IMG/VR virus record: IMGVR_UViG_3300025138_000026
Location: 15,644-79,643 of that record
Strand: one strand, 5' to 3'
DNA from: a virus
Length of the DNA stretch: 64,000 bases
Shown here: positions 47,532 through 57,141 of the stretch, in pieces
Numbering within the stretch: position 1 is the stretch's first letter
How the letters are laid out: every line of letters begins with the position of its first letter
The notes under the pieces: generated by a model
Database searches by the model: none
What the model saw: only the letters and a program-made list of their open reading frames with translations
What the model was told of the DNA's origin: nothing
Translations under genes and position numbers: made by a program

Positions 47532-48812
47532 TTAAGACCCAGCTCCGTCTTCCGAGGAATAAGGTGATATGGTATTGTTCTTTTTATACATGAATCCTTC
47601 TCCAAATTTTTGAGAAGCAGTAGTGCTATATACATCAGGTTGATTTGCATTAATTCCAGAGTAAAAGAATCCTTGATCAGTTTGGTTTACTCCTCCAACC
47701 TGAGTGGAGAATGTCAATTCAATTGATTCATTATCATCTAAGCCTTGAGAGAATCCCTGTGAATCCATCACAGCCTTCTGCATAGTGTATTGATGTTTAG
47801 TTTTCCCGTCACTTCCCTTTACGGTAAGAGAGATATTTGTCGTCTCATTTCCAGCGTTTCCAGTCAAGATCTTATCTATTTGACCTGATTGAATATTTTT
47901 GAGCAGCGCACTCACAGACATGGTGACGTTGATTGGGAAATCCAAGGGCTTAGCAACAGCCTTGGCTGATCCTAGGGCTTCAATAGGAGTCCTAGAAAGA
48001 GGGACTTCAATAGAAGCACTCTGAACATGCATATCTCCGAGATCAGTTCCTCCAAAAGAAAATTCTTCTGTGGAAAAAGCTAGAGTTACATCTTCTGGGC
48101 GTAGAACAAGAACATCCATATTACCTGTACTAGGAGTACCAAGCATAAATTGACCCGTATCTGCGCGGCCACCAGCTCTATTCAAAGATGGGTTATAAAG
48201 GCCAGAACTTGTTGTATCAAATGTAATGTTTTCTGCAGTTCCATCAATATCTACCCTTGGGATCTCTCCAACAGCAAAGTTAACAGAATAACTCTCAAAG
48301 TTACAGTTCCCGAGAGAAACAACATCATGACCAGCTCTTTCCGCTGTAGAGAATCTCCCAGTTGGGTTATCAATAAATGAACTAGTAGATGCAAAAGCAT
48401 CTTCGCCCTCTTTAACAGTCAAAACAAAAAGGTTCTTCTCTCTTTTGGCTGGATCTTCAGCAATGATCCCAGAGATAAATTGATCTTGAAGAACGCCAGC
48501 GTTATTCTTACCGAGACCATTAAATCCTAAATTACCCTCGTTTTCTCCATTCCCAAGATAATACCCAAGGGAAAAAGAGGGGTTAAGATCACCTAAAGTG
48601 ATCGTTCCAATTCGTGCTAGTTGACCAAATTCTCTAATGTCCTGTCGCCCTCCAGCGATATCAACGTCAAAAGATAAAGTGTCTACTCGATGTAGCTGTT
48701 GAGGCATAACGCCAGTGAGTGATGCTTGAGGCGCTGTAAGGCCACCAAGTGTACCAGTAGGGGATACATAAACAGCTTTGCTTTGTGAAATTATTCTAGT
48801 TCTAGAAGCCAT
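47532..48812 (-). CDS. Major tail tube protein
   Basis: Position, size, own terminator; two upstream GTGTAA (48840-45, 48850-55). Confidence 0.72.
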   Translation of the reverse strand: MASRTRIISQSKAVYVSPTGTLGGLTAPQASLTGVMPQQLHRVDTLSFDVDIAGGRQDIREFGQLARIGTITLGDLNPSFSLGYYLGNGENEGNLGFNGLGKNNAGVLQDQFISGIIAEDPAKREKNLFVLTVKEGEDAFASTSSFIDNPTGRFSTAERAGHDVVSLGNCNFESYSVNFAVGEIPRVDIDGTAENITFDTTSSGLYNPSLNRAGGRADTGQFMLGTPSTGNMDVLVLRPEDVTLAFSTEEFSFGGTDLGDMHVQSASIEVPLSRTPIEALGSAKAVAKPLDFPINVTMSVSALLKNIQSGQIDKILTGNAGNETTNISLTVKGSDGKTKHQYTMQKAVMDSQGFSQGLDDNESIELTFSTQVGGVNQTDQGFFYSGINANQPDVYSTTASQKFGEGFMYKKNNTISPYSSEDGAGS

Positions 48813-48859
48813 AAGATTTTAAGTTAAAAATGTAAAGGTTTACACCTTCTTACACAGAT

Positions 48860-49744
48860 TTAAGCCCTAGGGAAACGATAAGTGCATAATTCAAAGTCAA
48901 TATAGCCAATTGAGATATTTTTATTTAAGTTTTCCCTGATTCTTTCTGACACGATCTTTGATACAGAAACATCTTTGATATGAGACTTCACAGGATCTGA
49001 TTGCCCTGAAATTAAATTATTATAATTATAAGGGAAATCTTTAATGGAAAAAGAGAAACCGTATGGGAAATCTTCATATGGGACATGAGTCATGTCTTTT
49101 CTGACAGAGTCTCTAAATAAAGATAAAACGGAATCTAGAGTATAATTATCAAAGGATAATACCATAACTCTGATTCTAGTAGTAGTGTCTTCCTCTCCCC
49201 CGAAAGAAAATTCCTTGTTATCTGAAGAAGCTACAGATATGAAACATGCTGGCAAAAAGTAAGTGGTCTCATCAAACTCTCCCGTTTTACCATACTGATA
49301 AGGTAACTCTGTAGCGCTATCTTTGAAATCAGAATGAATGATGATTTGAGCATCAGTATCATTTGTGATATAGGTATTTACTTCTTTTACTGTAGAATTT
49401 GCCGTCAAAGCATTGCTTGCTATCTCTGCACCAGAGGCTTGCGGGAAAATAAGTCTACCATTTTCGTAATCTGTAAAAATACCTCCATTTTCGTCATAAT
49501 CACCTGTAATAAAATTATTCCCTAAGAAAAAACCTGAGTTTGGATTATCAACTCCATATTCTCCTACAAGAGATCGGTACTTGCCTTGAAATCCTATATG
49601 AGTTGATGGTATATCAGAAAAAGATCCTGATACAAAAGCATTATCTAAATCTATTTTATAAGCCTTAGCCGAATCACTCAACAAGCGATTTTCAAACCAT
49701 AGGTAAAAACTGGATAAAATATTCTGATCAAATTGTGCTTTCAT
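48860..49744 (-). CDS. Tail terminator / completion protein
   Basis: Position; LPACFIS..FSFGG and IDFEL patterns. Confidence 0.55.
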   Translation of the reverse strand: MKAQFDQNILSSFYLWFENRLLSDSAKAYKIDLDNAFVSGSFSDIPSTHIGFQGKYRSLVGEYGVDNPNSGFFLGNNFITGDYDENGGIFTDYENGRLIFPQASGAEIASNALTANSTVKEVNTYITNDTDAQIIIHSDFKDSATELPYQYGKTGEFDETTYFLPACFISVASSDNKEFSFGGEEDTTTRIRVMVLSFDNYTLDSVLSLFRDSVRKDMTHVPYEDFPYGFSFSIKDFPYNYNNLISGQSDPVKSHIKDVSVSKIVSERIRENLNKNISIGYIDFELCTYRFPRA

Positions 49745-50382
49745 CTATCTAACCTTAACAAATTCTTTTTAAAATTCTCTATTAACTGCCCAATATACGG
49801 AGTCCTAGTAAACTTTACACCAGAAGATCTATTTTTGACCTGTATCCCCGTACCAGAAGAAGATTGCCCAAAACCAGCAGAGCTGTATAGAAACTGCCCT
49901 AAGTTTGTTATACCTCCTTCTTCAACGCTTTTCGCCCAACTCTTTCCTGTCATCCAAGGGATCGGAGTCAAATTATATATGTCATCTGTAGAGGGTATAT
50001 AAAAAGTAACGTTGTATTGCCCTTTGTTATTCCTTTTCCGTACCGTAAACCTAATCTTTTGTCTAAAAATCTCAGATATAATTTCCGTTGGATTATCTCC
50101 TCCTGAGAACCCTATAAAAGAAAAAAGGTTACCGTATCCTCCCAAGCTTCCACTAGTATTAGACGCAGTCGGACCAGCATCTAATTCAACTGTGATTGGG
50201 TGTACTTTAAATTCTTTTTGTAGGTCTTTCTGCCTATCCTCTATTTTTGGAGCGATAACCTGCCGAATAGCCATCGCCATAGATTTACTATTCGGGCTAT
50301 CTGCAGTAAGCTCTCTTAGTAGTTCTTTGGCGTTTATAGTCACCACGGGCTTTGAAACCCTCATGAAATTCTTTTTTGCCAT
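49741..50382 (-). CDS. Neck / tail completion protein
   Basis: Basic protein in the head-tail joining block. Confidence 0.45.
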   Translation of the reverse strand: MAKKNFMRVSKPVVTINAKELLRELTADSPNSKSMAMAIRQVIAPKIEDRQKDLQKEFKVHPITVELDAGPTASNTSGSLGGYGNLFSFIGFSGGDNPTEIISEIFRQKIRFTVRKRNNKGQYNVTFYIPSTDDIYNLTPIPWMTGKSWAKSVEEGGITNLGQFLYSSAGFGQSSSGTGIQVKNRSSGVKFTRTPYIGQLIENFKKNLLRLDR

Positions 50383-50828
50383 TAGTTTTCACGTTTCAAA
50401 AAGATCGAGTAAAATTGAGTATCAAATGGTCCGATGATTTTTGCATCTCCATCAATTACAAAGAGTTGATCATCAACTTCTATCTTTGAACAAATCTTAA
50501 GTTTCTCGTATGCGTCAGCTTTTATTTTGACTCTAATTTGGCCTTCTGATCCTACAAGATTCATTTGTCCGTTCCCATCTAGTATATCTTCTTTTTGTTC
50601 GTTTTTATAATAAATGCGAGCAGGGAACGTGTACTTGGTTAGAGTTATCTCAGAAGAGATTTTGGCTGCGTTTTTATTTCTGCCATACAAAGGGTTGAAA
50701 TTAAGCTCAGCTGGGACCACAGAAGCCTCCTTGACGTAGATAAAGATATTTCTAGCAAATGTATCATGGACGTTACTTAAAGCTGAATTAATAGCGGATT
50801 TTTCAGCGTCTGTGAGTAAGGAGGGCAT
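50382..50828 (-). CDS. Head closure (stopper)-like protein
   Basis: Position; beta-rich ARIY, KIEVDDQLF. Confidence 0.5.
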   Translation of the reverse strand: MPSLLTDAEKSAINSALSNVHDTFARNIFIYVKEASVVPAELNFNPLYGRNKNAAKISSEITLTKYTFPARIYYKNEQKEDILDGNGQMNLVGSEGQIRVKIKADAYEKLKICSKIEVDDQLFVIDGDAKIIGPFDTQFYSIFLKREN

Positions 50829-50829
50829 A

Positions 50830-51318
50830 TTAAACTAATTGACCAGACAAGTTAAAAGTTCCATCTGTCCCTGCGACTTGAACGGGGGAAGATTTTTGAT
50901 AGTTATACTGGAAAAGGAGTCCATCAAGAGCTTCTTGAGCTTGTTCTCCTAAATCCTTATATGTTTTGGCTACAGAGTTTTTATTCTGTCTCTGGATTGT
51001 CGTATCACCTTCTTTAATGGTCACCCAATCTACAGAATCAGAATAAGTAAATGATCTTAGAGATTCTCTTGCTGATTTTTGGTAATACCAGATCTCATAC
51101 AATTTAGAAAAAATATTCTTTTCTACTTCAGCTAGACCTGTATTATCCATTAAGATCGCTCCAGTAGAGTCTACTGAAAATTCTTCATGTATAAGGCCAT
51201 TAAACTCTCCAATATTAGTTTCCAGCCACCCAGAAACAAATCCAACATTATATGACCCCGTATCATTAGGGAAATCATATGTGACAATATCAGTAGCTAA
51301 AACTCCAAGATCATTCAT
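50830..51318 (-). CDS. Head-tail adaptor-like protein
   Basis: Position; helical with TIKEGDTTI hairpin. Confidence 0.5.
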   Translation of the reverse strand: MNDLGVLATDIVTYDFPNDTGSYNVGFVSGWLETNIGEFNGLIHEEFSVDSTGAILMDNTGLAEVEKNIFSKLYEIWYYQKSARESLRSFTYSDSVDWVTIKEGDTTIQRQNKNSVAKTYKDLGEQAQEALDGLLFQYNYQKSSPVQVAGTDGTFNLSGQLV

Positions 51319-51321
51319 TAA

Positions 51322-51744
51322 TTAAAAACCTTCTTTAAATAACCTTACAGTAGATTCGTAGTCTGGGGAACTTGGATCTAAAATTGGTTTAGATGAACCT
51401 TGAACTGTTACGTTGTGTTTCTGGACATAAAAATCAAAAGATTTCATCAAAGATTTCCTAAGTAGGTTCATATTTCTCTCTCTTGGGATGCCAACTCTAG
51501 CTGCTAAATCAGTTAATTCAGAAGCATTACAAGAATCTAGACGTTGCCTGAAAACGTCTCGATGTAGTGTCCCATAAGGATTCATTTGAGGCATACCCAA
51601 TAGATCTTCTAATTCTTTTACATGTTCAATCTGTTCCTCCTTAGAACTCCTGTGTTTACCATCAGTGACATCAAACTCTTCTAAGTGTTTCTTTTCAATT
51701 CCCTTTGAAGCTTTCATTTTCTTTGCTGGTTTTTTCTCACTCAT
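51322..51744 (-). CDS. Hypothetical protein
   Basis: 140 aa; own promoter TTGATT-17-TATTAT (51750-51778). Confidence 0.7.
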   Translation of the reverse strand: MSEKKPAKKMKASKGIEKKHLEEFDVTDGKHRSSKEEQIEHVKELEDLLGMPQMNPYGTLHRDVFRQRLDSCNASELTDLAARVGIPRERNMNLLRKSLMKSFDFYVQKHNVTVQGSSKPILDPSSPDYESTVRLFKEGF

Positions 51745-51776
51745 AATACATAATAGTTAAAATTTAGATAAAAATC

Positions 51777-51812
51777 AAAAAAAAAGAGCCGCCCCTTATG
51801 GAGCGACTCTCT
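51777..51812 (-). terminator. Intrinsic terminator after the major capsid gene
   Basis: AGAGUCGCUCC-AUAA-GGGGCGGCUCU followed by a long U run. Confidence 0.85.
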
Positions 51813-51833
51813 TTATAAGTAACATCAGGTTGA

Positions 51834-52973
51834 TTATACCACCAAGCCGATAAGAGCTGTATTGTCGATGCAAATACGACCCTCTTCAACTTTACCGTAG
51901 TATCCAATCTTGTTCTGACGAACAGAGAACTGATCGTCAACAAGGACTTGGAATTCAGATGGTGATCCCTCACCAACAACGGTAGGACGGATAAGAGCAT
52001 CCTTAGAACGGTCGATACCGATGAGAATTTCATCATCACCAGTTACCCAAGTTCCAGATCCTCCACCACCGATAACAGTAGCACCTTCGGAAGCAACAAC
52101 AGCACCAAAGAGCTTATTGAAGCGTTGTCCGATGCCCATCTCGTTGATCTCCATAACATTAATTCCGTAGAAAGAAGGAAGACCAGCAGCACTGAAGAGT
52201 TCTTGACGAAGAGCGTCAGGAGCAGGAAGACTGTCCTTAACTGCAGATCCGTAAGGGGCTTCAGCGGTGTTGATTGGGTTATAAGCCATTGCCCGAAGCT
52301 CCTCGACCATTTCTGGAGAAATAAGGAGATCAGAAATACCAGATTTAATGCCTCCAACAGGAGTTCCTCCACTGAAGGAACTATTGATACGCTTACTCTT
52401 GGTAATCAGGTTATTAAAGTCTGCAAGGACAAAACGGTCAGCCGCAGAAGAACCAATGATGCTTCCACCAGCGGTTGTTCCAGTTCCAGTTCCTTTTACC
52501 AAAGCGGTAGCGAGAACGTTGAAAGCGGTAGTCGTTTGCTTGAGCAGGACTTCTTGAGCCATCCGAGTGAAAGTCTTACTTACAACATCGAGGCGAGCCT
52601 TACGGACGTACTTGCGATCAAACGCAAGAGCACTGTCCAAAGTGTAAGTGCTGAACTTCAACTCATTGTGAGCGGGGAAGACTTGACTGTATGGGAGTCC
52701 ACCAGCAACCTGTTGAGAATACACTTCAATGTAGTCTTGGTCGGTAATGTCGTGGAAAAGGTCCAAGGGAAGAGAAGGATTATCATCTTCTCCATAAGAA
52801 ATCGTCGTATAGAGATTTCCAATGGTAGGAGCATTGTTGATAACTTCAGATACAACAGGTCCAAGCAGTTCTGCAACTGCTGCCTGAGCCTCATAAGCCT
52901 CTTCACGATTATTAGATCCCATTGCTCTAATAAGAGCCAACTGATCTTCAGTTCTTTTAATTGTGATTTTCAT
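51834..52973 (-). CDS. Major capsid protein
   Basis: 379 aa after scaffold and decoration genes; strong terminator; LLISPE and GYYG..EEG pattern consistent with HK97 fold. Confidence 0.8.
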   Translation of the reverse strand: MKITIKRTEDQLALIRAMGSNNREEAYEAQAAVAELLGPVVSEVINNAPTIGNLYTTISYGEDDNPSLPLDLFHDITDQDYIEVYSQQVAGGLPYSQVFPAHNELKFSTYTLDSALAFDRKYVRKARLDVVSKTFTRMAQEVLLKQTTTAFNVLATALVKGTGTGTTAGGSIIGSSAADRFVLADFNNLITKSKRINSSFSGGTPVGGIKSGISDLLISPEMVEELRAMAYNPINTAEAPYGSAVKDSLPAPDALRQELFSAAGLPSFYGINVMEINEMGIGQRFNKLFGAVVASEGATVIGGGGSGTWVTGDDEILIGIDRSKDALIRPTVVGEGSPSEFQVLVDDQFSVRQNKIGYYGKVEEGRICIDNTALIGLVV

Positions 52974-52984
52974 TTTCGTAAATA

Positions 52985-53614
52985 TTAGCAGTTAAGTTTA
53001 AGAATTGCGTAAGCACCTGCGAAAGCATCAGTCGTTCCACCTTGTGACTCACGAAGTCCAGTTCCAATGAAGGTTCCGATTGAATGAGTGTGATGTTGAC
53101 CGTGGTTAGCTGCAGTACTAGTGATACCAGTAATAGTTCCATTCAAAGAAGGCACAGCGAACTGATTAACAGTAGGTGCGACTCCATTTGTGAGACCATT
53201 TGCATTGATTGTGAAGATACCTTTTGTAGCGATAGGAACCGCTTCGCCAGATACAACACACTGAAGTTCTTCCTTCTTCTGTGGGTAGTATAGAAGGTTC
53301 TCTCCGTTTTCATCTTTAGCGCGGACATCGCGCAAAAGAATTCCGAGAGCTTTAGCATTACCTCCAGTAGCGACCATTTTGGTCACCTTGTAAGGTACTT
53401 CTGGGTAAAGGGAAAGACCTTTGCCCATAGTGGATTGATACGAGTCGGCATCGCCTCGTTCAACATAACTGACAGGATCGTCGGAAAGGTTAGCAGCGCT
53501 TACCTTTACAACAGAACCAGCCTCACCCGTTTCGGCATCAAGAGAATAGAAGTTGATAACATCATTCTCGTCATATTGACGAAAGGGCAATAAACGTGTA
53601 ATTTCGTTAGCCAT
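52985..53614 (-). CDS. Capsid decoration / cement protein
   Basis: Between scaffold and MCP; LGILL..V, VVSGEAVPIATKG. Confidence 0.6.
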   Translation of the reverse strand: MANEITRLLPFRQYDENDVINFYSLDAETGEAGSVVKVSAANLSDDPVSYVERGDADSYQSTMGKGLSLYPEVPYKVTKMVATGGNAKALGILLRDVRAKDENGENLLYYPQKKEELQCVVSGEAVPIATKGIFTINANGLTNGVAPTVNQFAVPSLNGTITGITSTAANHGQHHTHSIGTFIGTGLRESQGGTTDAFAGAYAILKLNC

Positions 53615-53634
53615 AATATATAATTGTTAATTTT

Positions 53635-55134
53635 TTAGTTTGCAACTTCTACAGAGAAGTTCTTCTTAAGCCTCTCGACAAAAGAAATTTGTTCGCTTGC
53701 TTCAGCGTTGTTATTAGGGATAGAAGCTTCAGCCTCTTCTCCTTCAACTTCAAGCTCTTCTTCCGACTCTTCTTCGTTAGCAGCCTCTTCTTCAGGTTCG
53801 TCACCTTCTTCACGGCTAGCAATAGCTTCGTCGATACGAGCTTTAATTTCTGCTTCTTTTGACTCAATATTCTTTTTGAGTTTGTGAGCAAAAATCACTT
53901 CAAGCTTTTCCTTATAGGAATTAAAATTTTCTTCGGAAGAACCTAGGTCTTTTACTTCAGCAGTAACCAAAGCGAGTTCTTTCTCGTTAAGGTCATAATC
54001 GCTATCAATAAAATTCATACGGTCATTGAAAAGGTCAACAGCAGCTTTTGCTTCAACCTCACCCCTAAGAGCGTCTAGTTCTTCTTTTGTTTGCTTAAAA
54101 GAGTCTTGCAACTCATTAAGCTCAGCTTCGGCTTTAGCCTTAGCTTCCTGCTCAACTTTCATCTTGGAAGTCCAAGACTCGTTGTGTTCTACGAGAGTAT
54201 CGCGGATACTTTCGCTAACAGTTTTAGCCTCAGAGCCTTCCTTCACAGCAGAAGCAACACTCTTGGTCAACTGACAGATTAATTGATCAAATTGTTCGTT
54301 ATCCATATTAAAAATACTTTTTAATTTGTTTGAGTTTACATTAATATTACTATTTCGGGAAATTTTTTCTACTTTTTTATTATCTAAATCATTTTTTGTT
54401 GTATAAACTCCCTTTACTGCGGCGGCAGGATTTTTAGTTAATGCTGCCCCTAAAGGATAAGTTTGGCCGACAATTAATCTATTCACAGGATTGCCGTTTT
54501 TATCGACTCCCTTCCCTCCTAACCCTCTAATATATTGTTTTAAATCTTCTTTTTCAGCACCTTCTGCGATGATAGATTCGTTTAGATATTTAGAGCCAAC
54601 AGCCACTTCAAACTGCTTGAATGCTAGTTCCCAGCTGGTAGAGATACTTTGATAAGACGGCTCCTCTTCTTCAGAAGCTTCTGTGATAGCCTCGGCTAAT
54701 TCAGGATAAACAGATTTATAAATCAATCCAGCAGCATTAATATAAAAAGGCTCTGTTTTATCAGCATAAGATTCAATATCATTATCTTTAAAATCAAACT
54801 CTTTATCAGAGAATGAAGCATTAATCATATGACCAACTATTTTATCTTTTTTGTGCTCAATATTGATTGGCTTATTAATAAAACGTTTTACAGCTGCGAT
54901 AGCTGTTTCCGCATCAATGCCGTCTCCATTTTTATTAAACTCGTTCACCTTGGCCAAATTAAAGACCACAGGCAAAACATCGATATTCTCTTCTGGATTA
55001 AAGTCTTCTGGCAACAAAGATTCTGCGGCTTCTTGAATAGAACCTTTAGAAAGCCCAAATAATTCAAACTCTTCGTTTTTTATCTCCCTTACTTTTCCTT
55101 CAAATAAGCAAATGTTAAAATCATCCAACAACAT
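53635..55134 (-). CDS. Prohead protease-scaffold fusion
   Basis: NKNGD, KPINIEH, IVGH, STSWEL, GAALTKNPAA, then an acidic coiled coil. Confidence 0.75.
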   Translation of the reverse strand: MLLDDFNICLFEGKVREIKNEEFELFGLSKGSIQEAAESLLPEDFNPEENIDVLPVVFNLAKVNEFNKNGDGIDAETAIAAVKRFINKPINIEHKKDKIVGHMINASFSDKEFDFKDNDIESYADKTEPFYINAAGLIYKSVYPELAEAITEASEEEEPSYQSISTSWELAFKQFEVAVGSKYLNESIIAEGAEKEDLKQYIRGLGGKGVDKNGNPVNRLIVGQTYPLGAALTKNPAAAVKGVYTTKNDLDNKKVEKISRNSNINVNSNKLKSIFNMDNEQFDQLICQLTKSVASAVKEGSEAKTVSESIRDTLVEHNESWTSKMKVEQEAKAKAEAELNELQDSFKQTKEELDALRGEVEAKAAVDLFNDRMNFIDSDYDLNEKELALVTAEVKDLGSSEENFNSYKEKLEVIFAHKLKKNIESKEAEIKARIDEAIASREEGDEPEEEAANEEESEEELEVEGEEAEASIPNNNAEASEQISFVERLKKNFSVEVAN

Positions 55135-55142
55135 ATTATGTC

Positions 55143-57098
55143 TTACACGGAAATTTGAGTTGAATGATATAAAATTGCAGAAGCCAAGTCATCCAATTGA
55201 TGTTGACATCCTAATTCTAGAACTTTTTGGTTGACTGCGAGAGAAGACAGCTTGTCTAAATCTTGAACTATTTCTGATAAAGTAGGCTCCCAATCAATAC
55301 TGTCTTTAGCGATAACAATAGATTCACAAACTTGAGTCACCATCTCCTTCTTTTGCTTAGACATTCTTTTGAGTCCAAACTTTGAAGCGAATTCTCTAAA
55401 AGCTAAAATTTCAAGTTCATTGATTCTTTTAGTGGCTTCCACGATGTTTTTCTTTGAGTAAGAGGAATTAGAGACCCCAATCGGTCTTCCCCCAGACGGT
55501 GCAACAGCTTGAGGTTTATTAGGTTCTGGAGAACCACCCTCTTCTTCATTATACAAATTAATTGTATTTACAAGAGGCATATAATGCCCTTTTTCACGCT
55601 CTTCCTTAAATTTATCTTGAGCTACTTGCATATCAGAAGCCTTAGGGAAAACTCCAGTGTGGACAACCTTCATGCCTTGTTCTGGGGTAAGGACTCCCAA
55701 CTCCATCAATCTTGTGGCCAACTTTGACAGGTTATTGTCATCCATTGTATCTGTCCTAACAAATTTAGCTTCTGGCCAAGAACGAAGGCCAGCAGCCTTG
55801 CATATTCTTCTGATCTCAGGATTAATAAAGTCATTTAGGAAGGCTCTACGAGACTCTTCTAATCTCTGGAAGAAAACCTTCATTTTGATTTGAGTATCCG
55901 AATATTTGGATTCTCCTATAAGAATGTTCTGCAAACCCTGTTCAATATCTCTGTTTAAGACTTCGTATTTTTCTGGGCCTACGACTTTCCGAATATCTGG
56001 AATGATAAAATCTGCTTTTGTTGTATAGTCAGAAACAAGAACACGACCAACACTCTGATTCTTAAATATTTGCTGCATGGCAGCTAGGTTTCGGTGATTG
56101 ACTCCGCCCTTATCTGGCTCATTGCCCATTGTCACTAATAAAACTACATTCTCAATAGAACGACTAATTGCCTGATCAATATTCTTCAATTCTATTTTTC
56201 TATTAATATCATCAAGAACAGAATAACCTAAGGGGATCGCCAAAGGCTCGTAATCTTGCTTTTTAGCGAAAACAACGTGCAATAATTGTGGGTCAAGTTT
56301 AATTTGAACTCTAGTCATTGCATAAGAACTTTTTCCTGATTTAAGGGCTTGTTGGACATCTTCGGGCAAAGATTTAAACATTTCTAACTCATGTTCTGTC
56401 TCTGGCTTTTGCAGCCGAGAAATTTCAAATGGAGATAATACCTTAAAATATTCATAGCCACTAAATGAAACAGAGCCTTTTGTTGCGATATCTGTGGGGT
56501 TGATCAAAAGATATCTAATAGGGATTTCTTTCCTAGAACTAGCCCCATAAGCTTCTAGCATTTTTTGTGAATTTTTAAGAGGTATTTTCCCATCTACTCT
56601 ATAAAAGAAGACGTTACCTGATCGGTAATACTCTCTGAAGTATTGTTGTTTTAAATCATGCATCTTGATTCTTTTGAACCAAGCGTCGATAAATTTTCTA
56701 GATTTTTCTGTACCCCCCTCAAGATATACTTCTGAGTCAGCAAATTCAGACAAAAGATCAATCGTGCCTTTAAAAGAAGAAATATTAAAATAAGCTTTTT
56801 GACAAAGTTCTACTGCTTCTTTAGCGTCTGCAGAGTCTTTCTCATAGTTAAACGGTAAGATTCCGTTTTTGATATTTTCAAATTTATTACCTAAGCCTGA
56901 AGTGGCAACAGCATTGGTACGAGCTTTCGTTCTAGCTGTAGGAGAGTCTAAACGAGAAGACTCTGAGCTGAAAACAGGTTCTCCAATTAGTTCTGGCTGA
57001 AAACCCTCGTCTTGAGGTTGAATTAGGTTTTCAAGTGGAATTTTTTTCTTATTGAACTTTTCCCAATATTCAGAGCGTTTAGTATATCTACGAGCCAT
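55143..57098 (-). CDS. Portal protein
   Basis: Between TerL and protease; REYYRSGNVFFY, KKQDYEPLAIP. Its last codon plus stop (GTG TAA) doubles as the GTGTAA motif for the next gene. Confidence 0.8.
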   Translation of the reverse strand: MARRYTKRSEYWEKFNKKKIPLENLIQPQDEGFQPELIGEPVFSSESSRLDSPTARTKARTNAVATSGLGNKFENIKNGILPFNYEKDSADAKEAVELCQKAYFNISSFKGTIDLLSEFADSEVYLEGGTEKSRKFIDAWFKRIKMHDLKQQYFREYYRSGNVFFYRVDGKIPLKNSQKMLEAYGASSRKEIPIRYLLINPTDIATKGSVSFSGYEYFKVLSPFEISRLQKPETEHELEMFKSLPEDVQQALKSGKSSYAMTRVQIKLDPQLLHVVFAKKQDYEPLAIPLGYSVLDDINRKIELKNIDQAISRSIENVVLLVTMGNEPDKGGVNHRNLAAMQQIFKNQSVGRVLVSDYTTKADFIIPDIRKVVGPEKYEVLNRDIEQGLQNILIGESKYSDTQIKMKVFFQRLEESRRAFLNDFINPEIRRICKAAGLRSWPEAKFVRTDTMDDNNLSKLATRLMELGVLTPEQGMKVVHTGVFPKASDMQVAQDKFKEEREKGHYMPLVNTINLYNEEEGGSPEPNKPQAVAPSGGRPIGVSNSSYSKKNIVEATKRINELEILAFREFASKFGLKRMSKQKKEMVTQVCESIVIAKDSIDWEPTLSEIVQDLDKLSSLAVNQKVLELGCQHQLDDLASAILYHSTQISV

Positions 57099-57106
57099 AT
57101 CAAAGT

Positions 57107-57112
57107 TTACAC
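57107..57112 (-). promoter_or_regulatory. GTGTAA motif
   Basis: 8 nt before the portal ATG; adjacent hairpin ctaaagtta/tgactttag. Confidence 0.6.
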
Positions 57113-57141
57113 TAAAGTTATAAAAGTGACTTTAGAACTTT

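Noticed and set aside
52125-52988. 287-aa plus-strand ORF antisense to the major capsid gene
   Set aside because: Shadow ORF expected from the codon bias of a highly expressed gene; no promoter and no recognisable motifs.
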